A stretch of 64,000 bases of DNA from Candidatus Binatia bacterium (lineage in GTDB: Bacteria; Desulfobacterota; Binatia; Bin18): the NCBI GenBank assembly GCA_963666315.2, contig CAXXHG010000010.1, positions 64,001-128,000 of the forward strand, written 5' to 3'. Position numbers and translations under genes: made by a program. This document shows positions 9,552 through 19,562 of the stretch, piece by piece (positions within the stretch are counted from its first letter, which is position 1; each line of letters starts with the position of its first letter). The notes beneath the pieces were generated by a model that worked only from the letters and a program-made list of their open reading frames with translations, was not told the DNA's origin and made no database searches.

Positions 9552-10715
9552 CTAGTCGCCTGCAATACCGAACTCGCGCAGCACTTCCTGGGTCTGTTCC
9601 CCCTTGAGTCCACCCGGACGAATCGGGCCAGCCGGAGTCTTGCTAAACTTCCACGGCAGTCCGTCTACACTCGGCGTTCCCCAATGCGGGGTAGCAAGGT
9701 CAACAATATGCTGATTGTGCGTCACCTGAGGGTCATTGCGCAGGGCATGAAAATCTACGGTTCGGGACACACGCGTATTCGGCACCCGCTCTTGTGTCAA
9801 GCGCTGACTCCACCACGTGGTCGGTTTGGTCTGGAAGTGGTCCTCCAGCAGCGCAGTCAGTACGGCCCGATGCTCCACCCGTTTCGGATTGTCCTGGAAG
9901 CGCGCATCATCATACACATCTTCTCGCTGTATGGCACGGCAGAAACGCGGCCATTGGTCCGCACGCACCACTCCAACGGCCAGGTATTCCTGGTCTTGGC
10001 ACAGAAAGGCTTGATGCGGTACTGTGGTTGTTACCGCACTCCCCATGGGCTGCGGTTGCTCTCCCGTTGCAAAATACTCGGCCAAACGACTGGTCTGCAG
10101 CGACAGAGCAGTCGAGATCATATCAATCGTAATATGCTGACCCTTGCCCGAACGCTCGCGCGCCAAGAGCGCTTGCAACACGGCCTCAACAATCATGCTG
10201 CTGGTCGTAATATCCAGGTGGGCCAGATGGCGAAACATTTCGCCCTGTGAGCCCGGCGACCCAGTGATGCTGCACCAACCGGAAAACGCCTGAACGGTGG
10301 GATCAATGCCCGCCTCTTTTGCCATCGGTCCAGTACGACCATAGGCAGAAGCAGAGACATACACCATGCGCGCATTGAGCTGCGACACAACATCATAGCC
10401 CAGGCCCAGACGCTCTACCGTGCCGGGCCGCATGTTTTGAATGAACACATCACTCTTTTCGACCAGCTTGAGCGCAATAGTCCGATCCCGCTCGTTTTTA
10501 AGATCCAGGACAATATTACGTTTATTAAAATTGGCTGATATATACAGGACCGCAGTGCCTTTAATCGGCGGCGGGATGGCGTGCGACAGTTCCCCGGCCG
10601 GCGATTCGACCTTGATCACATCCGCCCCAAGCTCACCCAACAGCTTTGCCGCCCACGGCCCGACCGCGGCAATACTCAGATCAAAAACGCGAATACCGTC
10701 GAGGACTCCAGGCAT
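9552..10715 (-). CDS. class III (CaiB/BaiF) CoA-transferase
   Basis: [44 protein letters not shown] with Asp retained. Confidence 0.9.
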   Translation of the reverse strand: MPGVLDGIRVFDLSIAAVGPWAAKLLGELGADVIKVESPAGELSHAIPPPIKGTAVLYISANFNKRNIVLDLKNERDRTIALKLVEKSDVFIQNMRPGTVERLGLGYDVVSQLNARMVYVSASAYGRTGPMAKEAGIDPTVQAFSGWCSITGSPGSQGEMFRHLAHLDITTSSMIVEAVLQALLARERSGKGQHITIDMISTALSLQTSRLAEYFATGEQPQPMGSAVTTTVPHQAFLCQDQEYLAVGVVRADQWPRFCRAIQREDVYDDARFQDNPKRVEHRAVLTALLEDHFQTKPTTWWSQRLTQERVPNTRVSRTVDFHALRNDPQVTHNQHIVDLATPHWGTPSVDGLPWKFSKTPAGPIRPGGLKGEQTQEVLREFGIAGD

Positions 10716-10781
10716 ATTTCCTCCACTGCAAATTAGCTTAAGTCAGACACAGCCGGAGCATCGCGGACTATCAAACGGGCA

Positions 10782-11198
10782 CTACCCTTGCCGTACCGGT
10801 TTAAACTTCGCCAGCGTTACCTCAGCGGTCACATCCTCATACACGACTTCCACCGCCATGCCAATTCGGATCTCTTCGTTGCTCACCTCGACAAGATTAG
10901 TCAGCAACCGAGGTCCCTCTTCAAGTGCCACCTCAGCCACATTATACGGAACGTCGTCTTTCAGTGCAGAGAAATAGGCTTGATGAAAGACCACCCAGGA
11001 GTTCACCTTTCCGCGCCCGCTCAACTGCTGCCAGCTGAAGTCGGGCGACCAGCACGTGGGACAAAACCGTGTGGGCGGATACCAGACCTTGTTACACGGC
11101 TTGCATTTTGGCAGCACCATTTCTCGTTGTTTCAAACCATCCCAATAGGGCTGGTTCAGCGTCGAAATTGCCGGCAGCGGTTTGGTATATTCGGCCAT
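10782..11198 (-). CDS. Zn-ribbon/OB-fold DUF35 (ChsH2 C-terminal-like) protein
   Basis: CxxC...CxxC (CKPC, CPTC), SGRGKVNSWVV, EEGPRLLTNLV. Lies directly after a thiolase-like gene. Confidence 0.92.
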   Translation of the reverse strand: MAEYTKPLPAISTLNQPYWDGLKQREMVLPKCKPCNKVWYPPTRFCPTCWSPDFSWQQLSGRGKVNSWVVFHQAYFSALKDDVPYNVAEVALEEGPRLLTNLVEVSNEEIRIGMAVEVVYEDVTAEVTLAKFKPVRQG

Positions 11199-11201
11199 GC
11201 C

Positions 11202-12380
11202 CTACCCCTTTCGATACATGAGAGAATCCCCATACGCGTTCGCCCACTGTATGAGTTGGGCATGTGGAATTTGCCGTTCACCACACTCGCCACGCAATTG
11301 GCGTACGATCTCGACTTGGTGATTCCAGCCCATAATATGCCCCTCCGACATCAGCCCACCGTTAGTATTCATAGGCAGCTCACCGCCCAGCTCGATGCGC
11401 CCGTCTTGGGTAAAGGCAGCTGCTTCGCCCTGTTTGCAAAATCCAAATCGTTCCAACGCGGTCCAAGCCAGAATGGCAAAGGCGTCATACGTAAACAGGG
11501 CATCTACATCTTTTGCCTGGACGCCAGCCATTTCATATACCGGCTGCGGACCGGGTTCGTAGTCAAAGACTTCTTGCTGTGAAGTGCCAAAGCCTGGGTA
11601 GGTCCAAATAAATTCTTCTCTGCCCGCCGGCAGAGCCTGCATCCCGCTTATGCACACGGGTCGTTTGGCCATATCCCGCGCCCGTTCTTGCGTGGTGACA
11701 AGAACGCAGGCGGCGCCATCATTAATGAGACAATAATCCAAAAGATGTAGCGGCTCGCACACAAAACGTGAGTTTTGATGATCCTCTACCGTAATCGGCG
11801 TCTGCATAATGGCATTCGGATTCAGGGCCGCATGTTTGCGGAACGCCACGGCTACAGCGGCCAACTGCTCGCTCGTCGCGCCAAAGCGACCAAAATATTT
11901 CCGCGCCACGAGCGCTGCCCCGGCTCCAGGCGAGGTCATGCCGAACACCGGATCTTCGCCGTGCCCGCCGCCCGCCTCACGTCCGCCTTCAGCATCCCTT
12001 GCCCCGCCCATCATGGGTTTGCGAAAACCCGAAAAACTAATCGACGCCATGCAGGCCACGACATTGGCTAGACCTGCACTGACCAGCATGACCGCCCACT
12101 GAATACTGCTCGCCGTAAAGCGTCCGTGCGCCCAGGTTTGATTATAGGCACGGAGTTTGAGCCCCAACGCATACGCCAGCGTATCGGCGTCCGCCCCAAT
12201 AGGCGTACCGAAACTGACGATGAGGCCATCCAGATCGTCACGTCCTAGCCCCGCGTCATCGAGTGCGTTGCGAATCGCTTCCCCGCCAAGATCAATCTGG
12301 CTCCGATTCATCTTACGGCCGTATGCAGAATGACCCACACCACACACCGCCGCACTATCTTTGAGATCCCAAGTGGGCAT
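11202..12380 (-). CDS. SCP-x/Ltp2-type thiolase-like protein
   Basis: AALNPNA, PLHLLDYCLINDGA, YDAF, NTNGGLMSEGH. No N-terminal catalytic Cys is evident. Confidence 0.88.
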   Translation of the reverse strand: MPTWDLKDSAAVCGVGHSAYGRKMNRSQIDLGGEAIRNALDDAGLGRDDLDGLIVSFGTPIGADADTLAYALGLKLRAYNQTWAHGRFTASSIQWAVMLVSAGLANVVACMASISFSGFRKPMMGGARDAEGGREAGGGHGEDPVFGMTSPGAGAALVARKYFGRFGATSEQLAAVAVAFRKHAALNPNAIMQTPITVEDHQNSRFVCEPLHLLDYCLINDGAACVLVTTQERARDMAKRPVCISGMQALPAGREEFIWTYPGFGTSQQEVFDYEPGPQPVYEMAGVQAKDVDALFTYDAFAILAWTALERFGFCKQGEAAAFTQDGRIELGGELPMNTNGGLMSEGHIMGWNHQVEIVRQLRGECGERQIPHAQLIQWANAYGDSLMYRKG

Positions 12381-12577
12381 ATCCCACCCTCCTTAGGCAG
12401 AGATCATAAGTTGAGACAGCGCTATGGTCAAGGAAATACGCATTTTGCCCGCTCAGCGCTGCCACTTTGTGCCGGCAAGACACAAATTTGACAAACCCCC
12501 GCTTGCCTCATAGTAGTGGCCGGTCAGCAAGAAGCCCGTATGGAAAAGCAGAACCTTCTAGCGACAGTCAGCATAAA

Positions 12578-13355
12578 ATGACACCAACCGACCTTATTTT
12601 TATTCTCCTCAGTGGCCTGGCCGCAGGCTTTCTGAATGCGGTTTCCGGCGGCGGCGCCATGCTGACCGTTCCCGCTCTGATTCTGATCGGCCTGCCGCCA
12701 GGCGTTGCAAATGGCACTAACCGCTTGGCCGTCGTTATTCAGAGTCTGACCGCTTTGGCTGCCTACAAAAAATTGGACGTGACAGACAATCCTCTCGCCC
12801 TTTCCCTCCTCCTACCGGCCATGCTGGGCTCGATCTGTGGCGCCCTGGTCTCGGTTCGTCTCGACGATGCCGTCTTTCAGACCTTACTGGCCGTCATGAT
12901 GCTGGTGATGCTCATTCCCTTACTCTTTGAATCCACACTGCAGACGAGCTTACTCTCACAGCACAGCCCGGCTCGCCGTCGCCGGATTCTCCAAGGCGTT
13001 TTCTTCGGCATCGGCTTGTATGGCGGAATTACTCCAAATCGCGTCCGGTATTTTTGTCCTGGTCGCCCTCGGTTCCTTGGCTGGTCTCAATCTCGTGCTC
13101 GCAAACGGGGTTAAGGTGGTGATCGTCATGGGACTGACCGGCATTGCCTTAGTCGTCTTTATCTTTGACGGCAAGGTAGACTGGGGCGTGGGGCTGCTCC
13201 TTTCCGTGGCAACCAGCATAGGTTCCTGGTTCGGCGCACATTGGGGCGTACGTAAAGGTGAAGCCTGGATACGGCTCGTTGTGACCGGGACGGTAATCGC
13301 TATGGCCTTGCAGTTGTTGGGGGTGTGGGAGTTTGTGAAGGGGCTAATTGGGTAG
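12578..13355 (+). pseudogene. TauE/SafE (TSUP) membrane exporter, frameshifted near 13028
   Basis: AGFLNAVSGGGAMLTVP and ANGTNR lie in one frame and LLQIASG...ANGVKV...KVDWGVG in another. One extra base at TATGGCGGAATTACTC. Confidence 0.82.
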
Positions 13356-13470
13356 CGGGCTTTTTCAGATATAATCCTCACCCACAGTCGCTACGCTCCT
13401 GTTTCCCTGTCTCAAAGGATTTGACCTAATCGGCTGTGTTCCACCACCCGACAAACCCACCCACCTCCAC

Positions 13471-16400
13471 TTACGGTCGAAACTGCAACGCCCGAGGCAC
13501 CAGCCGCGACGGCTGAGACACGACCTTATAAGCAGTTTCCACCCACTCACAAATATACCGTCGCGTATCCCTGGGATCGATCATCTCTTCGATCTGGAAT
13601 TTGTTTAACGGACCGAGCGGCCCGCGTGCGCTCTCGATACGCGCATTGAGTTCTGCGCGCAAGGCGGCCGGATCTGGGGCTTCTGCCAACTGACGTTTAT
13701 AGGCGGCTTCGATGCCGCCTTCGGGTGGGATCCCGCCCACATCCGCGGCAGGCCACGTGACGCGTACGGAGGCCTTTGATCGCGGCGTGGCATAGTTGTT
13801 CCCGGCAACGCCAAAACTGCGCCGCATGAGGACGGTGAAGATGGGCACACCGACCTGAGCGAAGGCGACCATCCACTCCGCACCTTTGCGAATTGTACTG
13901 GCGATTTCGTGCTCCAAGCCGACCGCAGTGAGTGCGCCTCCATTGACATGTTTGCTATCAGAAGCAATCACGCCCAAGGGGTGGCCATTGAATCTCACGA
14001 ATCCGGTGACCTGGTCGGTACCCCACAATGGTCCGATCTCAAAAAAAGAGTCCTTGTCTGCCATCAACCTGATGGCCTGTCGAATATCAAATGTCGTGGT
14101 GCGTTTTCTGGCTATGAGGCCGGCGAGCTGCTCTTCACGCCGGGCTATCGGATCACTTGCCGCAAGCACGGGCGGTACTGCATACACACTGGCGGGCAGA
14201 TAGGACAGAAATTGCCTGGTCATTGCCATCGCTTCTTGTTCGGATTCCGCCAAGTTATCGACCGAGCCATTCGTACAGTGGATGCGCCAGCCGCCGAGTT
14301 CCTCCTTAGTAATGTCATAGCCCATGGCATGCGAGACGAGGGGCGGTCCGGCCACAAAGAGCTGCGCGATATCGCGCACCATAATCGAGAAATGACCCAA
14401 TACGGCCTTGGCCGCGCCTATGCCGACAACACTGCCCAGCAGCAGGTTGACCACGGGTATGGTTGATAGCTGTTCGGTGTACATAGACCTGCCCAGGTGT
14501 CCGGGTAGATACGATCCGCCGCCACCGCTTACCCTAGGCCGTCCAGCTTTGATAGCACCCGAGCTTTCTTTGGCGCTACTCTCGCCCTCTTTTTTCTGTG
14601 CCGGAACCATAGTAGCCACACTGCCACCACCGGACGATCCATCCAGCAACCGTAGCGAGGGCATGCACATTTCCGTGGCGAGCCGATCCAGATAGCCACT
14701 CTTGGCGGCAATCGCACCATCCGCATGACCGCCTCGGGAAGTGAAGTCATCCGCACACACGATGACGCTCCGCCGGTCTATTTTCCCCCATCCACCCACA
14801 CTGTTAGCGGGCGTGAAGCCCGTAATTGCGCCGTCTTCATCGTAGGACGCGAAACCCGCGACACTGCCGACTTCGCGAAAGGATCCTTCGTCCAGCAATA
14901 ACGCAATGCGCTCCCGGCACGTCAGCTTGCCACGCGATCTTTGGCGCACCACGCCGGGATCATCGGAGCCGGGCTCCAAGCGCTGCTTCGCAAAGTTTTG
15001 CAATACACGGACTTCTTCCAGCAGAGATTCCCAGGGCTGTTGGCTGTTTGTGTTTGACGACTGTTGAATGTCGCTCTGCGCAGGCGACACGACTGCCACC
15101 ACTTGTCCTGCAGCAACACTATCCCCGGCCTGCAGCGGCTGCAGTGCCGTTACGATGCCCGCACAGCTTGCCGTCAGCATGGTTTCCATCTTCATTGCGC
15201 TCACAACCAGCAGAATGTCACCTGGTGACACCCGGTCACCCTCATGGACACGTATCTCTACGACACAGCTCTCCACCGGACATGCCACAGCCGCCTGGCC
15301 CGGTGCCACCTCTAACGCTGGCATGTCTGTCGTGGCAGACGGCGAAGACCGCATTGATACTGGAGCCGCGCCGCCCATCTTTCCCATTCTGCCCAGCTGA
15401 GCGGCCTGTTGCTGCAACAAGGCGAGAGCGCTGCCTTCAGCAGCGGAGAAAGAAGCGGTATTGATCTCTGGAGCCTCGGCGAACAAGGACGTTCTGGCAT
15501 CACCGGCCTGAACAGACGGGTGGGATAATATCGCGTGCAGTTGGGGCAGGTTGGTTTGCAGACCACCAATGTGGAACTCAACGAGCGCATGCAGCGTGCG
15601 TTCAAGCGCTGCAGAGTACGTACGGGCCGTACAAATGAGTTTCGCCAGCAATGGATCGAACTGCGGCGGTGGGGCATAACCCAGATACCCACACGCGTCC
15701 ACCCGAATGCCCACTCCTGAGGGCTCCTTATACGCCGTAAGACTCCCAGTACTTATGGCGACGACACGTTCCTGCACGGCAAACCCACGCGGCGCGCCCA
15801 CCGCGTGCTGGTCACCGAGACCCAGAGAGGCCAGCGTCGCACCTGCGGCGATATGGAACTGCGCCTCGACCAGATCAATACCAGTGACCTGCTCAGTGAC
15901 CGTATGCTCAACCTGAATCCGCGGATTGCATTCAATAAAAAAATACTCACTAGTCTCAGGCGAGACTAGAAACTCGACTGTACCTGCGTTCACATACGAA
16001 GCAGCCTGCACTAGCGTGATAGCAGCGTTGAGCATCTTCTGCCGCAAATCGGCTTCCAAACCCGGAGCGGGGGCCACCTCAACCACCTTCTGGTGTCGCA
16101 ATTGCACCGAGCAGTCCCGTTCGTGCAGATGGATCACCTCGCCAGAGGAGTCAGCCAGAATTTGTACTTCGATATGTCTCGGTCGCGCGAGCAGCCTTTC
16201 GATAAAAACGGATCCATCACCGAATGCGGCCTGAGCCTCGCTGCGACAACGCTCAAAGGCCTCGGCCATCTGCTCAGCTCGTTCGACGACGCGCATGCCA
16301 CGCCCTCCGCCTCCCGCCGTTGCCTTGAGCATCACTGGATAGCCAAGATTGTTTGCCAGCTTCTCTGCTTCCAGCGCTGATCCCAAGGGATCAGCGCTCC

Positions 16401-16878
16401 CGGGTACGACGGGAATATCCAACGACTCCGCAAGAGCCCGAGCTCTGACTTTATTTCCGAATAATGACAGCGCCTCGGGCGGCGGACCAATGAACGTCAC
16501 CCCCTCGGCGGCACACAACTCAGCAAACGGGGCGTTCTCGGACAAGAAACCATAACCAGGATGCAGACAGTCACAGCCGCGTACTTTGGCGATCTGAATG
16601 AGCGCTTCCGCGTTCAAATACGCACCAACGGCGTCTTGGGCTGTACCGATCTCATGGCTTTCCGTCATAGAGCGCGTATGCAAGGAGAGCGCGTCGATAG
16701 CAGGATACACCCCTACGGATTCCATGCCCAAGGCGGTTGCAGATTTGGCAATCCGAATGGCGATCTCGCCACGGTTACTTATGAGTACGCGTTTATGGAC
16801 TGTGACGTCTTCCTCTCTCACTTGTTCGTGAGCCATTCTCACAGGTATGGCACGGCAGTTCTGCCTGGAATTCTCCAC
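13471..16878 (-). CDS. single-chain biotin carboxylase-BCCP-carboxyltransferase (acyl-CoA carboxylase), likely with an internal deletion in the CT domain
   Basis: NRGEIA, HPGYGFLSE, GGGGRGM, ERDCSVQ, ECNPRIQVEH, AMKM biotin site and CT motifs. True start probably nearer 16836 or 16806. Confidence 0.9.
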   Translation of the reverse strand: MENSRQNCRAIPVRMAHEQVREEDVTVHKRVLISNRGEIAIRIAKSATALGMESVGVYPAIDALSLHTRSMTESHEIGTAQDAVGAYLNAEALIQIAKVRGCDCLHPGYGFLSENAPFAELCAAEGVTFIGPPPEALSLFGNKVRARALAESLDIPVVPGSADPLGSALEAEKLANNLGYPVMLKATAGGGGRGMRVVERAEQMAEAFERCRSEAQAAFGDGSVFIERLLARPRHIEVQILADSSGEVIHLHERDCSVQLRHQKVVEVAPAPGLEADLRQKMLNAAITLVQAASYVNAGTVEFLVSPETSEYFFIECNPRIQVEHTVTEQVTGIDLVEAQFHIAAGATLASLGLGDQHAVGAPRGFAVQERVVAISTGSLTAYKEPSGVGIRVDACGYLGYAPPPQFDPLLAKLICTARTYSAALERTLHALVEFHIGGLQTNLPQLHAILSHPSVQAGDARTSLFAEAPEINTASFSAAEGSALALLQQQAAQLGRMGKMGGAAPVSMRSSPSATTDMPALEVAPGQAAVACPVESCVVEIRVHEGDRVSPGDILLVVSAMKMETMLTASCAGIVTALQPLQAGDSVAAGQVVAVVSPAQSDIQQSSNTNSQQPWESLLEEVRVLQNFAKQRLEPGSDDPGVVRQRSRGKLTCRERIALLLDEGSFREVGSVAGFASYDEDGAITGFTPANSVGGWGKIDRRSVIVCADDFTSRGGHADGAIAAKSGYLDRLATEMCMPSLRLLDGSSGGGSVATMVPAQKKEGESSAKESSGAIKAGRPRVSGGGGSYLPGHLGRSMYTEQLSTIPVVNLLLGSVVGIGAAKAVLGHFSIMVRDIAQLFVAGPPLVSHAMGYDITKEELGGWRIHCTNGSVDNLAESEQEAMAMTRQFLSYLPASVYAVPPVLAASDPIARREEQLAGLIARKRTTTFDIRQAIRLMADKDSFFEIGPLWGTDQVTGFVRFNGHPLGVIASDSKHVNGGALTAVGLEHEIASTIRKGAEWMVAFAQVGVPIFTVLMRRSFGVAGNNYATPRSKASVRVTWPAADVGGIPPEGGIEAAYKRQLAEAPDPAALRAELNARIESARGPLGPLNKFQIEEMIDPRDTRRYICEWVETAYKVVSQPSRLVPRALQFRP

Positions 16879-17155
16879 TAGCCTGCTGTGTATACTGAAA
16901 TTAGCAACTTTATAAGAGTTTTATAACTTCACTAACTTCGCTAACTTCGGTGCTAACGGAGTTCGTGAGCGGACGGATTGTCTCTCCTTGGCCTCACAAT
17001 GCTTCTCACACAAGTGAGACATTAGTTGACGGATCTCCGGTCAGACCAGATTCGCTCACATTCCTGTGCCTGTCGAACCTTGAAGAGAAAGTTTTTCTCA
17101 TCAATAGGGTCATAGTCGATAACGTGCAAGGCAACGATTTTGGGAGAGCAGGTAA

Positions 17156-17172
17156 GGGGTCAGGTCTTGCAA
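17156..17172. repeat. GGGGTCAGGTC-type short dispersed motif (second copy near 50799-50810)
   Basis: GGGGTCAGGTCTTGCAA here and GGGGTCAGGTCC near 50800. Confidence 0.35.
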
Positions 17173-17271
17173 GCAAGCACAAGGTTTGTAAAGGAGATGG
17201 GGGCAGACTGGTCGTTGCCAACCTAGCGTAGACCTGTTGGCACCCTTCGTCGAATTCGCTACCTTTCGCAA

Positions 17272-17556
17272 GTGAGCTACCAATTTGAGTCGGATCCCAC
17301 AAAGGCGACGACGAATCTGAGAGACCATAAAGTTGCTTTTTAAGAAGCATCGACGGTGTTCGGGGATCCATTGGCCCTGTTAATGGCAGACCCTGACCAT
17401 TCAGCAGAAGAGGAGCGGTATCTGGTGATCTGAATGTCCTCAAGGGGGAGATTGCTTGTTGTGAGCCATGCTGAGCGTCCCCCGCGAACGCGCTTGATTA
17501 GTGCGCGGAAAGCAACTCGACCCGAACGGAGACAATATGAAGAAGGTGAAGCCTAG
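17272..17556 (+). pseudogene. BrnT-family toxin pseudogene
   Basis: Hand translation: VSYQFESDPTKATTNLRDHKVAF*EASTVFGDPL...DPDHSAEEERYLVI*MSSRGRLLVVSHAER..RLISARKATRPERRQYEE. In-frame TAA 17341 and TGA 17431. Confidence 0.88.
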
Positions 17557-17791
17557 ACGAACAAGCGAAACGATACAGGACCAAGACACCATGCGTCCAG
17601 AATATGACTTCTCTGGGGCAGCGCGTGGCGTGACGGCAGCTCGTTATACCAAGGAACAAACATCGTGGTCCTGGATCCAGAGGTTCTTGATGTTTTCCCC
17701 GATTGGTGTGGCAGTCAGTGAAGCTCTGCGAGCTTTGGCCCCCATACTGAGACGCCGACAGTCCTCTCGCAAACGCAAGAAGGTGGCTTAA
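17537..17791 (+). pseudogene. BrnA-like antitoxin with two compensating frameshifts
   Basis: MRPEYDFSGAARG..RY, then an alternative frame reads GTNIVVLDPEVLDVFPD before returning to AVSEALRAL. Confidence 0.7.
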
Positions 17792-17823
17792 CAGTTCACT
17801 CCACCCGATCGCGTCCCGCTCAA

Positions 17824-17922
17824 AATGATTGAGGAGTGGGGGCCTGCCCTGGGCAAGCCCTATACCGCACCAATGGGAGAGGGGCTCTTGCAAAGAAGCG
17901 CATGAAGGAGATCAAAAGATGA
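17824..17922 (+). pseudogene. RelE/Gp49-like toxin remnant, internally deleted
   Basis: MIEEWGPALGKPYTAPMGEGL joins directly to a C-terminal LAKKRMKEIKR* overlapping the HTH gene start. Confidence 0.6.
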
Positions 17923-18221
17923 CACGACCAACACTGGCCGGCTTTAAGAAAAAGGCTCTGAAAAACCCAGAAGTCAGAGAAGAATATGAGTCACTCACCC
18001 CTGCCTATGACCTCCGGAGAAAGCTCATCGCCCTCCGTAAAGAAGCAGGCCTCACCCAAGAAGAGCTGGCGAAGCGACTTCATACGAAAAATAGTAATAT
18101 TTCTCGCCTAGAAAACGTGAATTCCTCGATCTCACCGACGCTAACAACAATTGAGGCGTATGCCGAAGCGGTAGGCTATCGAGTAGAGATAAATTTTCGG
18201 CCCGCCTCCCCTTCAACCTGA
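17919..18221 (+). CDS. XRE-family HTH antitoxin (HigA-like)
   Basis: ALKNPEVREEYE..LIALRKEAGLTQEELAKRL..ISRLE..PTLTTIEAYAEAVG. Confidence 0.88.
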   Translation: MTRPTLAGFKKKALKNPEVREEYESLTPAYDLRRKLIALRKEAGLTQEELAKRLHTKNSNISRLENVNSSISPTLTTIEAYAEAVGYRVEINFRPASPST

Positions 18222-18229
18222 CCTCCGCA

Positions 18230-18415
18230 GAAAGGTGATTCCACTCGACAATGGCTGCGGTCTGAATCCGGCTCTGGAACCGATCCGACCTCTCCGATGC
18301 CGGCAGGGTTGCCATCATGCATGGAGTCGGCTATCCCGTACCCTGCCGCTCTCACTTCCGCTGTATGGATATTTGGCACACGGCGGAGCCGATCACGGTC
18401 GGAGATCAGAGCTAG
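18230..18415 (+). pseudogene. DUF1501-family fragment
   Basis: Frame-switching translation gives [12 protein letters not shown] / [32 protein letters not shown], matching the GVGYP-RSHF-DIW motif. Confidence 0.7.
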
Positions 18416-18486
18416 ACGCCAAGCCTATGGTGAAGGGAACGTACGAAACGGTTGGCTGCTTCAACTGATCTGCTAGGAGATAGATT

Positions 18487-18859
18487 GTGGGAAACCATGG
18501 CGTCAAAAAGGTCATTCAGTTTTGTTATGGCCATCGTCTCCTTGACTATGATGGTAAATGCCGGAATCTACATGGCCGTAACGCTCAGTTGGAGATCGAG
18601 ATCGACTCCGGGGGACTGGATCGACTCGAGATGGTCATCGATTTTGGGGAGATCAAGGACATAGCCAAGGGGTGGGTCGATGACCATCTTGATCATAAGA
18701 TGTTACTGCACCGTGACGACCCCATTGCTAAAGTGTTGCCCAACCGCCGAAAATATCACCAAGCTAATCTTCCATACATTGTCCAAGTTGGGACTACACG
18801 TCTCCCGTGTGAGCCTGGGGGAAACACCCAGCATCTGCGCGACCCATAGCGAGGATTAA
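18487..18859 (+). pseudogene. queD: QueD/6-pyruvoyl-tetrahydropterin synthase family, with deletion and frameshift near 18738
   Basis: FCYGHRLLDYDGKCRNLHG, MVIDFGEIK, LDH. The C-terminal PTAENITKLIF...GETP lies in a different frame ending at TAA 18859. Confidence 0.85.
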
Positions 18860-18863
18860 TCCT

Positions 18864-19511
18864 GTGACCAGAGTTGCCGTTTTAGCCAGTGGTGGACTCG
18901 ACAGCAGTGTCTTACTGTACGATCTGGCCAGCACATACGATGTCGCCCCGCTCTATATCGAGAAAGGCTTGGCCTGGGAAACCGAAGAGCGTCGGGCGCT
19001 GAAGCGCTTCGTAGATAGGCTCGATCATCCACGAGTCAGCGCACCCGTGACCTTGCCACTCCTGGTCGATGGGCTGTACGGCAAACACTGGAGTGTCACG
19101 GGTGAGGGCGTACCGGCAGCGGATGAGCCTGACGAAAATGTCTTTCTGCCGGCTCGCAACATTTTGCTCTTTACGGCTGCTGCTATTTGGTGCCTAGCCA
19201 ATGGGGTGCATCGCATCGCAGTGGGCTCGCTGGAGGGCAATCCCTTTCCGGATGCGACGGATGAATTTTTTGCCGATCTGGCGCGGTTGCTGAGTACCGC
19301 GCTGAGTCATGAAATCACCATCGTGGCCCCATACCGGCATTTGACTAAGAAAGCCGTCATCAAGCAATTCCAGCATTTGCCCTTGGCGCTGACCCTGACG
19401 TGCAACGCCCCGCATAGCGGTCTGCATTGCGGCGGGTGCAACAAATGTTACGAGCGGCAGCAGGCATTCATCAAGGCCAAGGTTCAGGACCAGACGCCCT
19501 ATGCGCAATAA
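18864..19511 (+). CDS. queC: QueC-family (7-cyano-7-deazaguanine synthase-like) PP-loop protein
   Basis: LASGGLDS, FLPARN, PFPDA, TC...HCGGCNKC.ER Zn motif. Confidence 0.85.
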   Translation: MTRVAVLASGGLDSSVLLYDLASTYDVAPLYIEKGLAWETEERRALKRFVDRLDHPRVSAPVTLPLLVDGLYGKHWSVTGEGVPAADEPDENVFLPARNILLFTAAAIWCLANGVHRIAVGSLEGNPFPDATDEFFADLARLLSTALSHEITIVAPYRHLTKKAVIKQFQHLPLALTLTCNAPHSGLHCGGCNKCYERQQAFIKAKVQDQTPYAQ

Positions 19512-19562
19512 GACGAGACCGTCGGTAAGCCCCCAACTTTGCTAGCAGGCAAGGAAGAGAAG

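Noticed and set aside
16923-16965. CTAACTTCG short tandem repeats upstream of the carboxylase
   Set aside because: Three 9-bp units, most simply slippage. No supportable function.
17006-17443. 145-aa minus-strand ORF
   Set aside because: Partly antisense to the BrnT pseudogene, with no recognisable motif.
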